Counted from the first letter of the stretch, positions 26,823 through 34,712 are shown. The stretch is DNA of 44,117 nt from a virus (IMGVR_UViG_3300047479_000028:1-44117); one strand, 5' to 3'. The notes: generated from the sequence alone by a model not told the origin. Numbers and translations are program-made.

Positions 26823-26917
26823 ATTTTTTCCTTATGACAACTCTCACATTCATATTTCCAATCTTTATTAAGAAAAAATAATGTCCAAGCTCTACAAATT
26901 GAACAAAATCTTCTCAT
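26819..26917 (-). CDS. 32-aa zinc-ribbon microprotein
   Basis: MRRFCSICRAWTLFFLNKDWKYECESCHKEKI; fills the gap, with an ATGA overlap. Confidence 0.5.
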   Translation of the reverse strand: MRRFCSICRAWTLFFLNKDWKYECESCHKEKI

Positions 26918-26920
26918 AAT

Positions 26921-27250
26921 TTAATTCATTTGCTTTCTTGTTCTCTCACCATACACAATAAATCTCTTATTACCATAAGTCTTAGCTATCATTCTACGTT
27001 CCCATTCCATCTTGAATACTCTTAACCAAGCTACTCTGATCTCTTCTGAAGCTACACACTTTGTGTATCCAAATCCAGCTAGAAACATAGCAGTATTCCT
27101 AATGTGACTATCTTCCATATCTTTTACATAAACTACTTCTCCAGTCCTCATTCTCCATTGAATCTTAGAAAGATTGTCTGTAGTTATTTCTGATACTGCA
27201 CCCAGAAGTTCTCCATCTACATAATCTTCATCAGCACTCATAACTTCCAC
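26921..27250 (-). CDS. Hypothetical protein
   Basis: WRMRTGEVVYVKDMEDSHIRN motif; in operon. Confidence 0.65.
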   Translation of the reverse strand: MEVMSADEDYVDGELLGAVSEITTDNLSKIQWRMRTGEVVYVKDMEDSHIRNTAMFLAGFGYTKCVASEEIRVAWLRVFKMEWERRMIAKTYGNKRFIVYGERTRKQMN

Positions 27251-28821
27251 GCCTTTCTTCCCTTAGTTACAAGTATCTCTGCTAGCTCTTTCATTAAGCT
27301 TTGCTGATCCCATTCAATAGTCTTACCATCAAGAGTAGCCGCAACGATAGCCCTTTTAATCTCTACTAATTCAGTGAAATATTCATCTATGGTTCCGGTT
27401 GCTAGCATGTAAGTAATACTTACAGGATTTTCCTGCCCGAATCTATGAAAACGTCCTTCTACTTGCTCTTCGTTTGCAGGGTTCCATTGTCTTTCGAGAA
27501 TAATAGCATCGGAGCAGAATTGAAGGTTTATTCCCTCGCCCGCTGCTAGTGTGGATGCAATCATCAATCTTGCTTCGCTTGACTGCTTAAAGGCGCTTAC
27601 TAACTTAGCTCTTTCATCGCCATTAAGACCAGAATGGAGAACTAATACCTTTCTAAATCCACCATCAGACAACCAGGAATTTAATTGACTCTCTAACATT
27701 CCCATTACATCTTGATGATGCGTAAAAATTACTAACTTACGGTCTGTCGATAAAAGAAATTCAGTAGTGAAATCAATACATTCACTTACTTTACTGACTC
27801 CAGTAATATGACGTAATTTTGACATTATTGCTAACATATTAGTAGACTTTTCAAATTCACTTTCATTGCTATACATTACATCATCTAGTTCATCTAATGC
27901 TTTAGCGTATGCTTTATTTAAGTTTCTATCTAATTCAACATGATGAAACTTTCTTTCTAAACTTGGTAAATCTTTGAGAACTTCACTCTTCGTCCTACGA
28001 ATAATAATATCTTTCGTATCTTCATGAAAACGGTCAATATCTTTTAGTCCACCTACTTTAGCGTAATAACCAGAAGAATAAGAATCACAGTAATTGTCAA
28101 TAAACTTTTGATAATGCGGGAACATCGTAGGCTTCACTAGATTAAGAACTGTGAAGTATTCACCAGCATTATTCTTAATTGGAGTTCCAGACATTGCGAT
28201 AATATGTGGTGTTTGCTTCGCAACTTTCTGGACGGCTTTTGCTCTGTCAGATAAATGATTCTTCACTCTCTGACATTCATCTATAATGATAGTTTTTATA
28301 TGCCCTTCTGGAAGATATGAGAACATTTCAACATTCTTTAGAATGTCATATGTAACAATGTAAATCTTAAATCCTAGCATTGCTCTTTCTTTGCTAGATT
28401 TGATTACTTGGACTGGAAAATCTTTAGGACTACCACAGATACGATAAATTTCATACATCCATTGTAGCTTAACTGTTGTTGGAGCTACGATTACTGCTGG
28501 TAGAAGCTTTTCTGGATGAAGACGTAGTAGACTAAGAGCTTCAATAGTCTTTCCTAAACCCTGTTCATCCGCAATGATGCAGCGAACATTTGCCTGTTCG
28601 GCGAATTGAATTGCTTCTATTTGATAAGGTCTAGGTTTGCAGTTATCAGAGAATACTATTGAATCATAAGAATTATTATCAGACTGTAAAGTCTCTGAAT
28701 GAAGTAAATGCCCGCATGCTAATTTGATTAATAATGTCTTACCTAGTTTAATACGAGATACTTCTACTGCTATCTTTTTACAAACTTTACATTCTTGTCT
28801 GATTATTGAAGTTAGGCTCAT
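27238..28821 (-). CDS. SNF2-family (SF2) helicase
   Basis: PRPYQ, ADEQGLGKT, IIDECQ, MSGTP, IRRTK, AGEGINLQ, WNPANEEQVEGRFHRFGQ. Confidence 0.92.
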   Translation of the reverse strand: MSLTSIIRQECKVCKKIAVEVSRIKLGKTLLIKLACGHLLHSETLQSDNNSYDSIVFSDNCKPRPYQIEAIQFAEQANVRCIIADEQGLGKTIEALSLLRLHPEKLLPAVIVAPTTVKLQWMYEIYRICGSPKDFPVQVIKSSKERAMLGFKIYIVTYDILKNVEMFSYLPEGHIKTIIIDECQRVKNHLSDRAKAVQKVAKQTPHIIAMSGTPIKNNAGEYFTVLNLVKPTMFPHYQKFIDNYCDSYSSGYYAKVGGLKDIDRFHEDTKDIIIRRTKSEVLKDLPSLERKFHHVELDRNLNKAYAKALDELDDVMYSNESEFEKSTNMLAIMSKLRHITGVSKVSECIDFTTEFLLSTDRKLVIFTHHQDVMGMLESQLNSWLSDGGFRKVLVLHSGLNGDERAKLVSAFKQSSEARLMIASTLAAGEGINLQFCSDAIILERQWNPANEEQVEGRFHRFGQENPVSITYMLATGTIDEYFTELVEIKRAIVAATLDGKTIEWDQQSLMKELAEILVTKGRKAWKL

Positions 28822-28991
28822 GATTCTGTAATGTTATCAAGTTCAAATTCATCTAATTCTAATTGTTTAATTAAATATTCTGCTTGCTCTTTGTTATTTG
28901 CTAATACATCTATTGTGACCATTGTTACTTGTGGAGTATTTTGGATGTATGTATCTAAATTTCTACTGTATTGAAATGTGAACAGTGTCAT
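28818..28991 (-). CDS. Hypothetical protein (57 aa)
   Basis: MTLFTFQYSRNLDT...DVLANNKEQAEYL; ATGA overlap with the helicase start. Confidence 0.6.
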   Translation of the reverse strand: MTLFTFQYSRNLDTYIQNTPQVTMVTIDVLANNKEQAEYLIKQLELDEFELDNITES

Positions 28992-28995
28992 TATT

Positions 28996-29595
28996 TTACT
29001 CTTCTATCTTTGCAAATGGATTAAATACTGGTTTAGTTTCTTCAGAAGCAGTTTTTACTTCTTCAACCTTTTGTTTGAACTTAGCGAGAATTGTTCCAGA
29101 CGACATCAATTTCTGAGCCTCAGCAGTGTCAATGCCTAAAGCTTCTAATCCCTTTAATATCTTCTCTTGCTTACTCATTCTCTTCTGTCGTTCCTTAATT
29201 GTGTTAATAGCATTAGTAGCAGTATCATCTGCATTAATTGACCTGGCAAATCCAATCGGCTGGCCGTCCTTTTTCTTAGCCTTTCTTTCTACCTCGTCAA
29301 CGGCTGATAATCTAGCCCTAGCTTCAAAAGCTATTTTAGCTAATTCTTCGCGGTGAGCACGAAGTTCTAGAAGAGACATATTAGAGACTAATATCGTCTC
29401 ATGATTGAATAACTCACTGAATAATTGTTCCTGCGGCGTCATTGGTTTTGCTCCATCTGCTAATATATCTATTCTAATATCTCTAATATAATAACAATCT
29501 GAATTGTAAACTTTGATTTGTTTATTAATCCAACAATACTCGCACCATCCATTGTAATCTCCTAATTCTTCATTACAATTTGAGCAAATCCACAT
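28996..29595 (-). CDS. Hypothetical coiled-coil protein (possible N-terminal zinc ribbon)
   Basis: CSNC...CEYC then a helical region; true start may be internal. Confidence 0.65.
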   Translation of the reverse strand: MWICSNCNEELGDYNGWCEYCWINKQIKVYNSDCYYIRDIRIDILADGAKPMTPQEQLFSELFNHETILVSNMSLLELRAHREELAKIAFEARARLSAVDEVERKAKKKDGQPIGFARSINADDTATNAINTIKERQKRMSKQEKILKGLEALGIDTAEAQKLMSSGTILAKFKQKVEEVKTASEETKPVFNPFAKIEE

Positions 29596-30187
29596 TATCT
29601 TTGAAATCTTGCCAACTTATTATTTCACAATCATATTCTTTTGCTAGATAGTTTATTCTTTCGTTAAATATTTTAATCCAATTTAAAAATTCTTCTGGGC
29701 CTTCAGCATCAGATTCTCTAATTGAAAATAGAATTTTAACTCTTGCGTATTCTGAGCGTTGACCTTTTTTATGGATAGCCACTTTTCCATATTGAAGAAT
29801 TATTCCCAAAATGTTGTAGTAGTTGTTGTAGTAGTAGTTGTAGTAGTTGTAGTGGTTGTTGTAGTTGTAGTGGTTGTTGTTGTAGTGGTTGCTGTAGTTG
29901 TAGTGGTCGTTGTTGTAGTGGTTGTTGTAGTAGTAGTAGTTGTAGTAGTAGTTGTAGTGGTTGTTGTAGTAGTAGTTGTAGTTGTAGTAGTAGTAGTTGT
30001 TGTAAGAATAAATGCCAGAATTAGAATCTAACACTTCGTGTGGCCCTTCTAATTTCTTCCATTCGTACTCTTGATACTCAGATTTAAGAATTAGAGAATC
30101 TTTGATTTCATTTTTCCAAATTCTGTACCCGATTAGAGAGTTTGATTCTTCAATTCGTTTAAACTCAACAAAATCTGGTAGGCACAT
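29573..30187 (-). CDS. Hypothetical phage protein with an in-frame 64-residue Tyr/Asn/His tract
   Basis: Globular-looking flanks IGYRIW...LKS...W...H...GIYS and ILGIILQYGKVAIHKKGQRSEYARV enclose the tract. GTG start. Confidence 0.7.
   Translation of the reverse strand: MCLPDFVEFKRIEESNSLIGYRIWKNEIKDSLILKSEYQEYEWKKLEGPHEVLDSNSGIYSYNNYYYYNYNYYYNNHYNYYYNYYYYNNHYNNDHYNYSNHYNNNHYNYNNHYNYYNYYYNNYYNILGIILQYGKVAIHKKGQRSEYARVKILFSIRESDAEGPEEFLNWIKIFNERINYLAKEYDCEIISWQDFKDNVDLLKL
29813..30004. repeat. Imperfect trinucleotide repeat, (GTN)n on + and (NAC)n on -
   Basis: 192 bp = 64 triplets; on the - strand 31 TAC, 25 AAC, 6 CAC, 1 GAC and 1 AGC (counted by hand). Confidence 0.95.
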
Positions 30188-30188
30188 T

Positions 30189-30392
30189 TTAATTTACCTT
30201 TTCTTTTGAAAATTCAAGTATTCTCATTTCTTCATCGAAGTTATTTTTTATGAATTGTGTTGTGACATCATTTAATTCTTTATTGAATCTAGCTCTTTTC
30301 TTGAGCGAGAGAAGAATTGAAATTGTCTCACTTTCACTGAGGCTAACTTGTAATTCGCTGTCGTTGTCTAATTTAATTGTTAATCTTATCAT
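30189..30392 (-). CDS. Hypothetical protein
   Basis: RBS GAGGA; early cluster. Confidence 0.6.
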   Translation of the reverse strand: MIRLTIKLDNDSELQVSLSESETISILLSLKKRARFNKELNDVTTQFIKNNFDEEMRILEFSKEKVN

Positions 30393-30473
30393 TGTCTTTT
30401 TCCTCTTCTTCTTTAGAAAGTTACGTTTTCTTTTTTGACTTAGAAGAAAACGATAAAGAAACTAATTTACTCC

Positions 30474-30755
30474 CTAAACTTTGTCAACGAATTGCACAGT
30501 TCTAGTCAGCTTCAAAGATTGAGCAATCTTGAAAATCAGACTAGCGGGAACCTCAATTTCATCCTCAATAACTGATTCTTTGTCGGCTGGGTCTGGACTC
30601 ACTGAGGTAATGAGAACATGACCATTTTCTTTGATTGTTACGTGAATGCCAAAGTGGTCGAAGGTTAGCGGCTGATGAACATACCTTTTTACTTTTTCTG
30701 AACCATGTTCATCTTTTACACTGGGACTATTACTAAACTGTGTCATGATATCCAT
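30474..30755 (-). CDS. Hypothetical protein
   Basis: 93-aa ORF; early cluster. Confidence 0.65.
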   Translation of the reverse strand: MDIMTQFSNSPSVKDEHGSEKVKRYVHQPLTFDHFGIHVTIKENGHVLITSVSPDPADKESVIEDEIEVPASLIFKIAQSLKLTRTVQFVDKV

Positions 30756-30766
30756 CCTAGTTTCTG

Positions 30767-30967
30767 TTAGCTATTGCTAACTTCATCAGTCCGGTTAATT
30801 CCGGAAACTAGTTTATGTTGTAGAGATTCATCCTCAAGTATCTTTCTAATCCTTGCAATGGATGTATTTCCATATGTTGCATTAGTATAGGAATCCTGTT
30901 CCATTAACCATTGCCTTAGTTTTCCTAAATTACTTTGTTTCAGTAGCGTTAGTTTTCTATTAGTCAT
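30767..30967 (-). CDS. Hypothetical protein
   Basis: RBS AAGGGA. Confidence 0.6.
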   Translation of the reverse strand: MTNRKLTLLKQSNLGKLRQWLMEQDSYTNATYGNTSIARIRKILEDESLQHKLVSGINRTDEVSNS

Positions 30968-30969
30968 TT

Positions 30970-31338
30970 TTAGTCCCTTCTATAACATGAAACGTTTACT
31001 GCCTGTGGCGAATGACTATCAAAGCAAACGAAGTAGTGAAAGTGATTAATTGCATACCTTATTGAATAATACCAACAAGGATACGAGATTACTTTCTTGC
31101 AGAGGATGCAACGAATTTCAAAGGGAGAAAGAGCAGATAATGAACTTGGAGTAGAAAGAATCAATTCGAACTTCTTAGCTACTGAAGGGTAAATCTTGAG
31201 CTTTCCAGAACTAACACCGGTAATGTGATTAAGGTTATTGCGGCTTCCTAGGATTAAGTGAACAGTCTTATTCTGTTCAAGGCTTGCGCCTTCTAAATTG
31301 ATTGACTTAATGATTGAGTCTTTGTCTATGGGAGTCAT
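30970..31338 (-). CDS. Hypothetical Cys-containing protein
   Basis: CILC...C...C; ATGA overlap. Confidence 0.6.
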   Translation of the reverse strand: MTPIDKDSIIKSINLEGASLEQNKTVHLILGSRNNLNHITGVSSGKLKIYPSVAKKFELILSTPSSLSALSPFEIRCILCKKVISYPCWYYSIRYAINHFHYFVCFDSHSPQAVNVSCYRRD

Positions 31339-31526
31339 GATGGTTTAGATAAGAATCTAGATAAGAATCTATTCCACTCTCTATTTAGAGAACTCGCTAC
31401 TTTTGAAGCACAAGCATTTGTTTTGAAATATATTGATACCGCCATCTCAGGCATGTCATATTGTTTTGCTAAAGTATCAAATACAGAATATTTGTCATCT
31501 GAATGTTTTTTAGTTGTAAATCTCAT
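31335..31526 (-). CDS. Hypothetical protein
   Basis: RBS GGAGA lies within the repeated leader. Confidence 0.6.
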   Translation of the reverse strand: MRFTTKKHSDDKYSVFDTLAKQYDMPEMAVSIYFKTNACASKVASSLNREWNRFLSRFLSKPS

Positions 31527-31763
31527 TTCTCATTCTCCAATCTGTTTAATGATTACTAATAACGGGATGGTCTTTATCTAGAATATCATCATTATCATTT
31601 ATCAACAATGATCCAGGATAATACTCATCCTCAACTTGAATTGTAACATTACAATTGAGTTGTTCCTTTGTGAGGGTTTTAAGCTCATCTAAAAGCTCTC
31701 GGTAGGTTTGTTTAATAATAATACCTTTTTTAATCATTTTTCATTCTCCAATCTGTTTAATGA
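31523..31763 (-). repeat. 30-bp direct repeat (1 mismatch) at 31523-31552 and 31734-31763
   Basis: On the - strand TCATTAAACAGATTGGAGAATGA(G/A)AAATGA; contains the RBS and start codon of two consecutive genes. Confidence 0.9.
31546..31737 (-). CDS. Hypothetical protein
   Basis: TYRELLDELKTLTKEQLNCNVTI...EYYP...DILDKDHPVI; bracketed by the direct repeats. Confidence 0.65.
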   Translation of the reverse strand: MIKKGIIIKQTYRELLDELKTLTKEQLNCNVTIQVEDEYYPGSLLINDNDDILDKDHPVISNH

Positions 31764-31901
31764 CAGTTCATAGCATTACATGACAGGTAACGATGACAAC
31801 TGGCAGTGTATGAGGTCGGACGAGCTACGCTCGCCTGTAACCTCAGCTCTGTCAACGACTTAGGCTCTGTTATCATCCTTCTAAACTCTGCCTGCTAGAC
31901 C

Positions 31902-31930
31902 ATCCTACCACACCTAGCCCTGGCCGTCAA
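31902..31930 (-). promoter_or_regulatory. Sigma70-like promoter for the early/replication arm
   Basis: TTGACG-N17-TAGGAT with extended -10 TG (TGgTAGGAT). Confidence 0.6.
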
Positions 31931-31931
31931 G

Positions 31932-32053
31932 TGTCCTGGAAAGTGGACAGGTGGGTTCTTTGTATTCTTTATATATATATAATATAATATATATAATAAT
32001 ATATATAAAAATATATAAGAAAGAATACATACCAATGTCCCCACTATAGGACA
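31932..32053. other. Symmetric origin-like or operator element
   Basis: TGTCC-N8-GGACA at 31932-31949 and 32036-32053 flank a 10-bp IR TGTATTCTTT/AAAGAATACA (31961-32029) that encloses an A/T-only tract (31968-32018). Confidence 0.55.
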
Positions 32054-32259
32054 AGGAAGACCGACCTCCACCTTCGAGGGGACTAACACGAGAAAACAGA
32101 GCAAAACGCGCGTAAACCCTTGCAAACGTTGGCTCTAGTGCCACTTTCGAGCCTGCTAGAACGTGTCTGGTCCCTTGCTTGTCCTTCACCATCCTTCCCC
32201 ATCATGCCCTGTCATGCTCTGTCGTTAAACAAACTCGCACGACTGACACTATTTAGTAG

Positions 32260-32288
32260 TTGACAAGTAAATCAAAGTGTGAGACAAT
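32260..32288 (+). promoter_or_regulatory. Sigma70-like promoter for the solo gene 32340..32816
   Basis: TTGACA-N17-GACAAT with TG at the extended -10 position. Confidence 0.7.
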
Positions 32289-32339
32289 ATCTTCAGGTCG
32301 GAAGGAATTACCCAACCGACAAAACTGGAGTGAACCAAA

Positions 32340-32816
32340 ATGACTACAGCCGCAGAGACCAACGTAAGCGAGAAGGAAGCCGCAAAAGAAGCACTCAAGG
32401 CAAGGGAGCAGGAGATTGCCAACAAGGAAAAGGAAGCAAATGCTTCTCGAACGGGAAAGGGTTTGCGAGTCTACTTCGGAATGACTCGTGGCCGCAATCC
32501 TGTCATGATTCAGTATGAGAACTGGGACGAGAGCCAGCCTGATACTCTTCCTCTTTCTCTGACTGAGTTCATGGATTTGCGGAAAATCACTGAGGAAAAG
32601 GATATCGTCAAGCGCCTGATTCTCGGTGACAATGACATTCTCTATTCTGAGGCTTCTGACCCTGTTGCGGAGTTTGTTGAGCCTTACTGGGAAGACGACC
32701 TCAAAGCTCGATTCCGCGTCAGTGTTCGTAACTTCGCCAAGGATTCTGGATTGTCGATTGAGGATGCCGTTGGTATTCTCAAGCCGGCAATCATGAAGGC
32801 GAACCCGGCGAAGTAA
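32340..32816 (+). CDS. Hypothetical protein in its own transcription unit (early/host-interaction candidate)
   Basis: GGAG RBS, own promoter and terminator, visibly more G/C-ending codons than the rest of the genome. Confidence 0.8.
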   Translation: MTTAAETNVSEKEAAKEALKAREQEIANKEKEANASRTGKGLRVYFGMTRGRNPVMIQYENWDESQPDTLPLSLTEFMDLRKITEEKDIVKRLILGDNDILYSEASDPVAEFVEPYWEDDLKARFRVSVRNFAKDSGLSIEDAVGILKPAIMKANPAK

Positions 32817-32833
32817 TTCACTCGGCGAGTAAG

Positions 32834-32878
32834 AAAACAATGGCGTATGAGACTGCAAATCATACGCCATTTGTTTAT
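32834..32878. terminator. Bidirectional rho-independent terminator
   Basis: AATGGCGTATGA/TCATACGCCATT stem (32839-32871) with an A-rich 5' and T-rich 3' flank, between convergent genes. Confidence 0.8.
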
Positions 32879-32957
32879 TCAGTCTTGAGCCTTTTACCGC
32901 AAAAAGGACAGAACGAGTATTCATGTGCTACTGGTCCATTGCAATGAGGACAGGTTT

Positions 32958-33179
32958 TCATACAATCTCCGTTTTGAGGTTCAGCCTACGACCTTGATGC
33001 TGACAAGCACGAGAACAACCAAACGCAGGTAGAACTGGAATGAACTGATAGCGGCCTTCGTGCTCAATCAGTCGAGTCGGAACACTCAGGATTGAATACT
33101 GAGCCGGAATGGTTCCGCAGTTTGAGCAATGATGACGGGAATTGTGATTAGATGATAGACAGATTGAACAGGTGTACAT
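32958..33179 (-). CDS. Small zinc-ribbon protein
   Basis: CSIC...CSNC; GAGG RBS. Confidence 0.6.
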   Translation of the reverse strand: MYTCSICLSSNHNSRHHCSNCGTIPAQYSILSVPTRLIEHEGRYQFIPVLPAFGCSRACQHQGRRLNLKTEIV

Positions 33180-33401
33180 TTACTTTACCTCATAGAAGTC
33201 CGCGCCAATGAATGTAAGGCGGCCAGAAGATGTCATCCTTTCTACGGTCGCATCAGCGGCTGTTTCAGCTTCTTGGATGGTGTCGTAATGAATGGCATAT
33301 GAGGATGTATTATGTAAGTAAGCGGATTCTGGCCTGATGAATGTTTTGAATTTGCGTCTAGTGCCAGCAATAGAGAATACTAACTTTACAGTGTAAGACA
33401 T
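33180..33401 (-). CDS. Hypothetical protein
   Basis: AGGAG RBS downstream of a leftward promoter. Confidence 0.65.
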   Translation of the reverse strand: MSYTVKLVFSIAGTRRKFKTFIRPESAYLHNTSSYAIHYDTIQEAETAADATVERMTSSGRLTFIGADFYEVK

Positions 33402-33444
33402 CTCAACATCTCCTATTCAGTAATCGAAATGATTACCTTGCAGA

Positions 33445-33473
33445 AACATACCACGTCTTCTCTCTCCTGTCAA
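33445..33473 (-). promoter_or_regulatory. Sigma70-like leftward promoter
   Basis: TTGACA-N17-TATGTT with extended -10 TG. Confidence 0.65.
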
Positions 33474-33557
33474 CACCACAACATATAGCGTCTATCCCCC
33501 TATGAGCCACCATAGCTTGTGACTCCGAGTAGGTCTTACGGTGCGGAATATTCAGCT

Positions 33558-33660
33558 ATCTCTAATGTTACTTTTAATATCTCTAATATTACTTTTAATG
33601 TCTCCAAGTTAACTTATAATAAATTACATTAAAAAATAAAATAAAAAATAAAAAATAAAA
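33558..33660. repeat. Three 21-bp tandem repeats followed by A-tracts
   Basis: ATCTCTAATGTTACTTTTAAT / ATCTCTAATATTACTTTTAAT / GTCTCCAAGTTAACTTATAAT (33558-33620), then AAAAAAT-type tracts (33631-33660). Confidence 0.8.
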
Positions 33661-33718
33661 CTGAAACATTCAACAACTGAAAATTTCAGAGCCACAGAAA
33701 ATGCGAGTAGAATAGCCC

Positions 33719-33747
33719 TTGACAGGCCGCAAAGGCGGGTGTATGCT
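33719..33747 (+). promoter_or_regulatory. Sigma70-like rightward promoter for the packaging/structural arm
   Basis: TTGACA-N17-TATGCT; AT-rich region upstream; the spacer contains a small IR CCGC-AAAG-GCGG. Confidence 0.65.
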
Positions 33748-33773
33748 AGTGCGTCAGGCACGGGTGTAGAATA

Positions 33774-33956
33774 ATGTTTGAAATTAACTTTGATAAATAT
33801 GCTTTTGACAGATATACTAAGAAACATAAATTAAATCAAAATGATATTAAATGGCATAAAGTTTTAGCACGAGCTTTAGGTTATTCTATAGAATATCTAG
33901 AGGAGTTAGGTAGACAAGATGACGCGGAAAGGGAAGTGAAAGAAAAAGCTGCATAA
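33774..33956 (+). CDS. Hypothetical protein
   Basis: First ORF after the promoter; weak RBS. Confidence 0.45.
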   Translation: MFEINFDKYAFDRYTKKHKLNQNDIKWHKVLARALGYSIEYLEELGRQDDAEREVKEKAA

Positions 33957-33987
33957 GAAATGAGTAAACAATGAGGAATAATAAACA

Positions 33988-34512
33988 ATGATTCTTTCAG
34001 ACAGCGATGCAATAAAAAGATTAAGTTCTCCATTGAACTTAATTAATCGTTTATCTGCTCGCAAAACTGCTCGCTCAAGTGCAATGAATTTATTCGGTAT
34101 GCTGAGCACGGAGAAAAAAGAAGTTAAAACATCTTTTAATATTTTTGATACTAATAAGTTAGAGCCTACAAAGACAGAGACTAAAACTCTACAAGTAATT
34201 TCTTCAGACGTTCACCCCACTGTAGACACACTAATAAACAATCATGAGTCTCAAGTTAAACTTGGACTTGCTCATGATTCTGCTCTTGAAGTTCTTAATC
34301 GTTCAGTAACAATGTTATCAACCAAGCTTGATGAAGTTCGTGCTGATAAATTGCCATCAGTGATTACGGCTGCTAGTAAAGTTGTAGAGAGTATTAGGAA
34401 AGAGCGGAGTGAAGCAAGTAAGAATGCTAAAGATAGAGATGTCCACTTTCACTTCTATACTCCACAACAGAAGTCAATCAATGATTATGAAGTGATTGAC
34501 ATTACGACATGA
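33988..34512 (+). CDS. Hypothetical protein, terminase small subunit candidate
   Basis: GAGGA RBS; helical hairpin followed by a C-terminal beta strand (VHFHFYTP); near the start of the late arm. No diagnostic motif. Confidence 0.4.
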   Translation: MILSDSDAIKRLSSPLNLINRLSARKTARSSAMNLFGMLSTEKKEVKTSFNIFDTNKLEPTKTETKTLQVISSDVHPTVDTLINNHESQVKLGLAHDSALEVLNRSVTMLSTKLDEVRADKLPSVITAASKVVESIRKERSEASKNAKDRDVHFHFYTPQQKSINDYEVIDITT

Positions 34513-34712
34513 TTACAGCTCATATTGACATTGGGCAAGTAGTTATTTCTGGACTGTTAGTCTCAGTAACTATCATTGGTTGGTTTATTAAGCGAGAACT
34601 TTCTTCATTTTGTGGACGCTTAAATAAGCATGATGATATTTTGATAAGCCTCACTGGCAATGTTCAGAGGCTTACTGGTCTTTATGATGCTTTAAGAAGG
34701 AATATACAATGA
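34509..34712 (+). CDS. Small membrane protein (holin/antiholin-like)
   Basis: One N-terminal TM segment (VVISGLLVSVTIIGWFI) plus a coiled coil. Confidence 0.55.
   Translation: MITAHIDIGQVVISGLLVSVTIIGWFIKRELSSFCGRLNKHDDILISLTGNVQRLTGLYDALRRNIQ

Noticed and set aside
29813-30004. Complete diversity-generating retroelement
   Set aside because: No reverse transcriptase, no second TR/VR copy in the window, and variation is almost only at the first codon position.
29759-30031. Poly-valine ORF on the + strand
   Set aside because: Antisense shadow of the (NAC)n tract; no RBS, and it opposes the operon.
31895-32192. Two overlapping - strand ORFs (76 and 92 aa)
   Set aside because: They run through the AT-only tract and promoter; the Y/I-rich translation reflects the DNA repeat.
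32293-32307. TCAGGTCGGAAGGAA resembling the SRP (4.5S) RNA helix-8 motif
   Set aside because: One base short of the stem and lacks the following GCAGC; better explained as a 5'-UTR hairpin.
32253-32924. 223-aa ORF on the - strand and 79-aa alternative-frame ORF 32279..32518
   Set aside because: Shadows of 32340..32816, which has the promoter, RBS and terminator.
33558-33620. Mini CRISPR array
   Set aside because: The repeats are directly adjacent with no spacers; the Cas4-like gene belongs to a recombination module and no other cas genes are present.
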